A stretch of DNA of 63,805 nt, filler included, from Octopus bimaculoides (lineage: Eukaryota), in assembly GCF_001194135.2 (NCBI RefSeq). It is 7 parts of 7 records of this genome, joined end to end, with 100 filler letters (N's around TTAATTAATTAA, not from the genome) between each part and the next. Parts side by side here need not be neighbours in the genome. Positions count along the whole stretch, not along the records: positions 61,604 to 63,805 come from NC_068986.1; 6 more parts are not named here. One strand, 5' to 3'. Positions 63,429 to 63,805 of this stretch are shown here, piece by piece (position 1 is the stretch's first letter; every line of letters starts with the position of its first letter). The notes beneath the pieces are model-generated. The model did no database searches. It was given only the letters and a program-made list of their open reading frames with translations, and was not told the origin of the DNA. The position numbers and the translations under genes were made by a program.

Positions 63429-63805
63429 TTCTTTTTCAATCTATTCTTCTGGTTGTTGTTATTGTTATCGTTGAAGCTTCCCCGCCCCACCTTAAGCTTC
63501 GTCATATTACATTTTTCTAAGTTTTTCGTGGAATTGCAGATTCTTCAAATACTTTCAGACATTTTATTCTTGTACTTCAACCGTTTTTCTCCTTTTTTTT
63601 TTGTATCTTCTTCTACATTATTCCTATGAGTTTTTATTTATCATTTTAGCTGACACAACTCCTTTTCTAAACGGAATTTATAGGGAGGAGGCAGCGGGGT
63701 GGAGATAAGGGGACCAGGCCATAAGGACGTCATAAATTGGCGCCCTTTATTTTTTTAATGTGTATGTATATATATATATATATATGTATGTATATATATA
63801 TATAT

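Overview
Eukaryotic (metazoan) genomic DNA: AT-rich, very rich in microsatellites and SINEs, with many assembly gaps. The repeat content looks like an octopus genome (inference, no database check). One host gene is well supported: three + strand coding exons (55732-55900, 57620-57771, 60249-60371) of a strongly diverged Rab5-family GTPase, with its 3' exons beyond the window. The rest is transposon debris: R4/Dong-like RLE retrotransposons in (TAA)n arrays, Tx1/L1-clade and CR1 LINEs, Penelope-like (GIY-YIG) fragments, Tc1/mariner and hAT remnants, and three tRNA-derived SINE families. The most interesting unannotated signals are (1) about eight minimal type I hammerhead-ribozyme motifs with palindromic, dimer-type stem III, some inside long inverted repeats, and (2) two SINE 3' tails that match LINE 3' ends in the same window, one CR1 and one Tx1-clade. 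There is no CRISPR array, rRNA or true tRNA gene. All folds and alignments were done by eye, so element boundaries are approximate.
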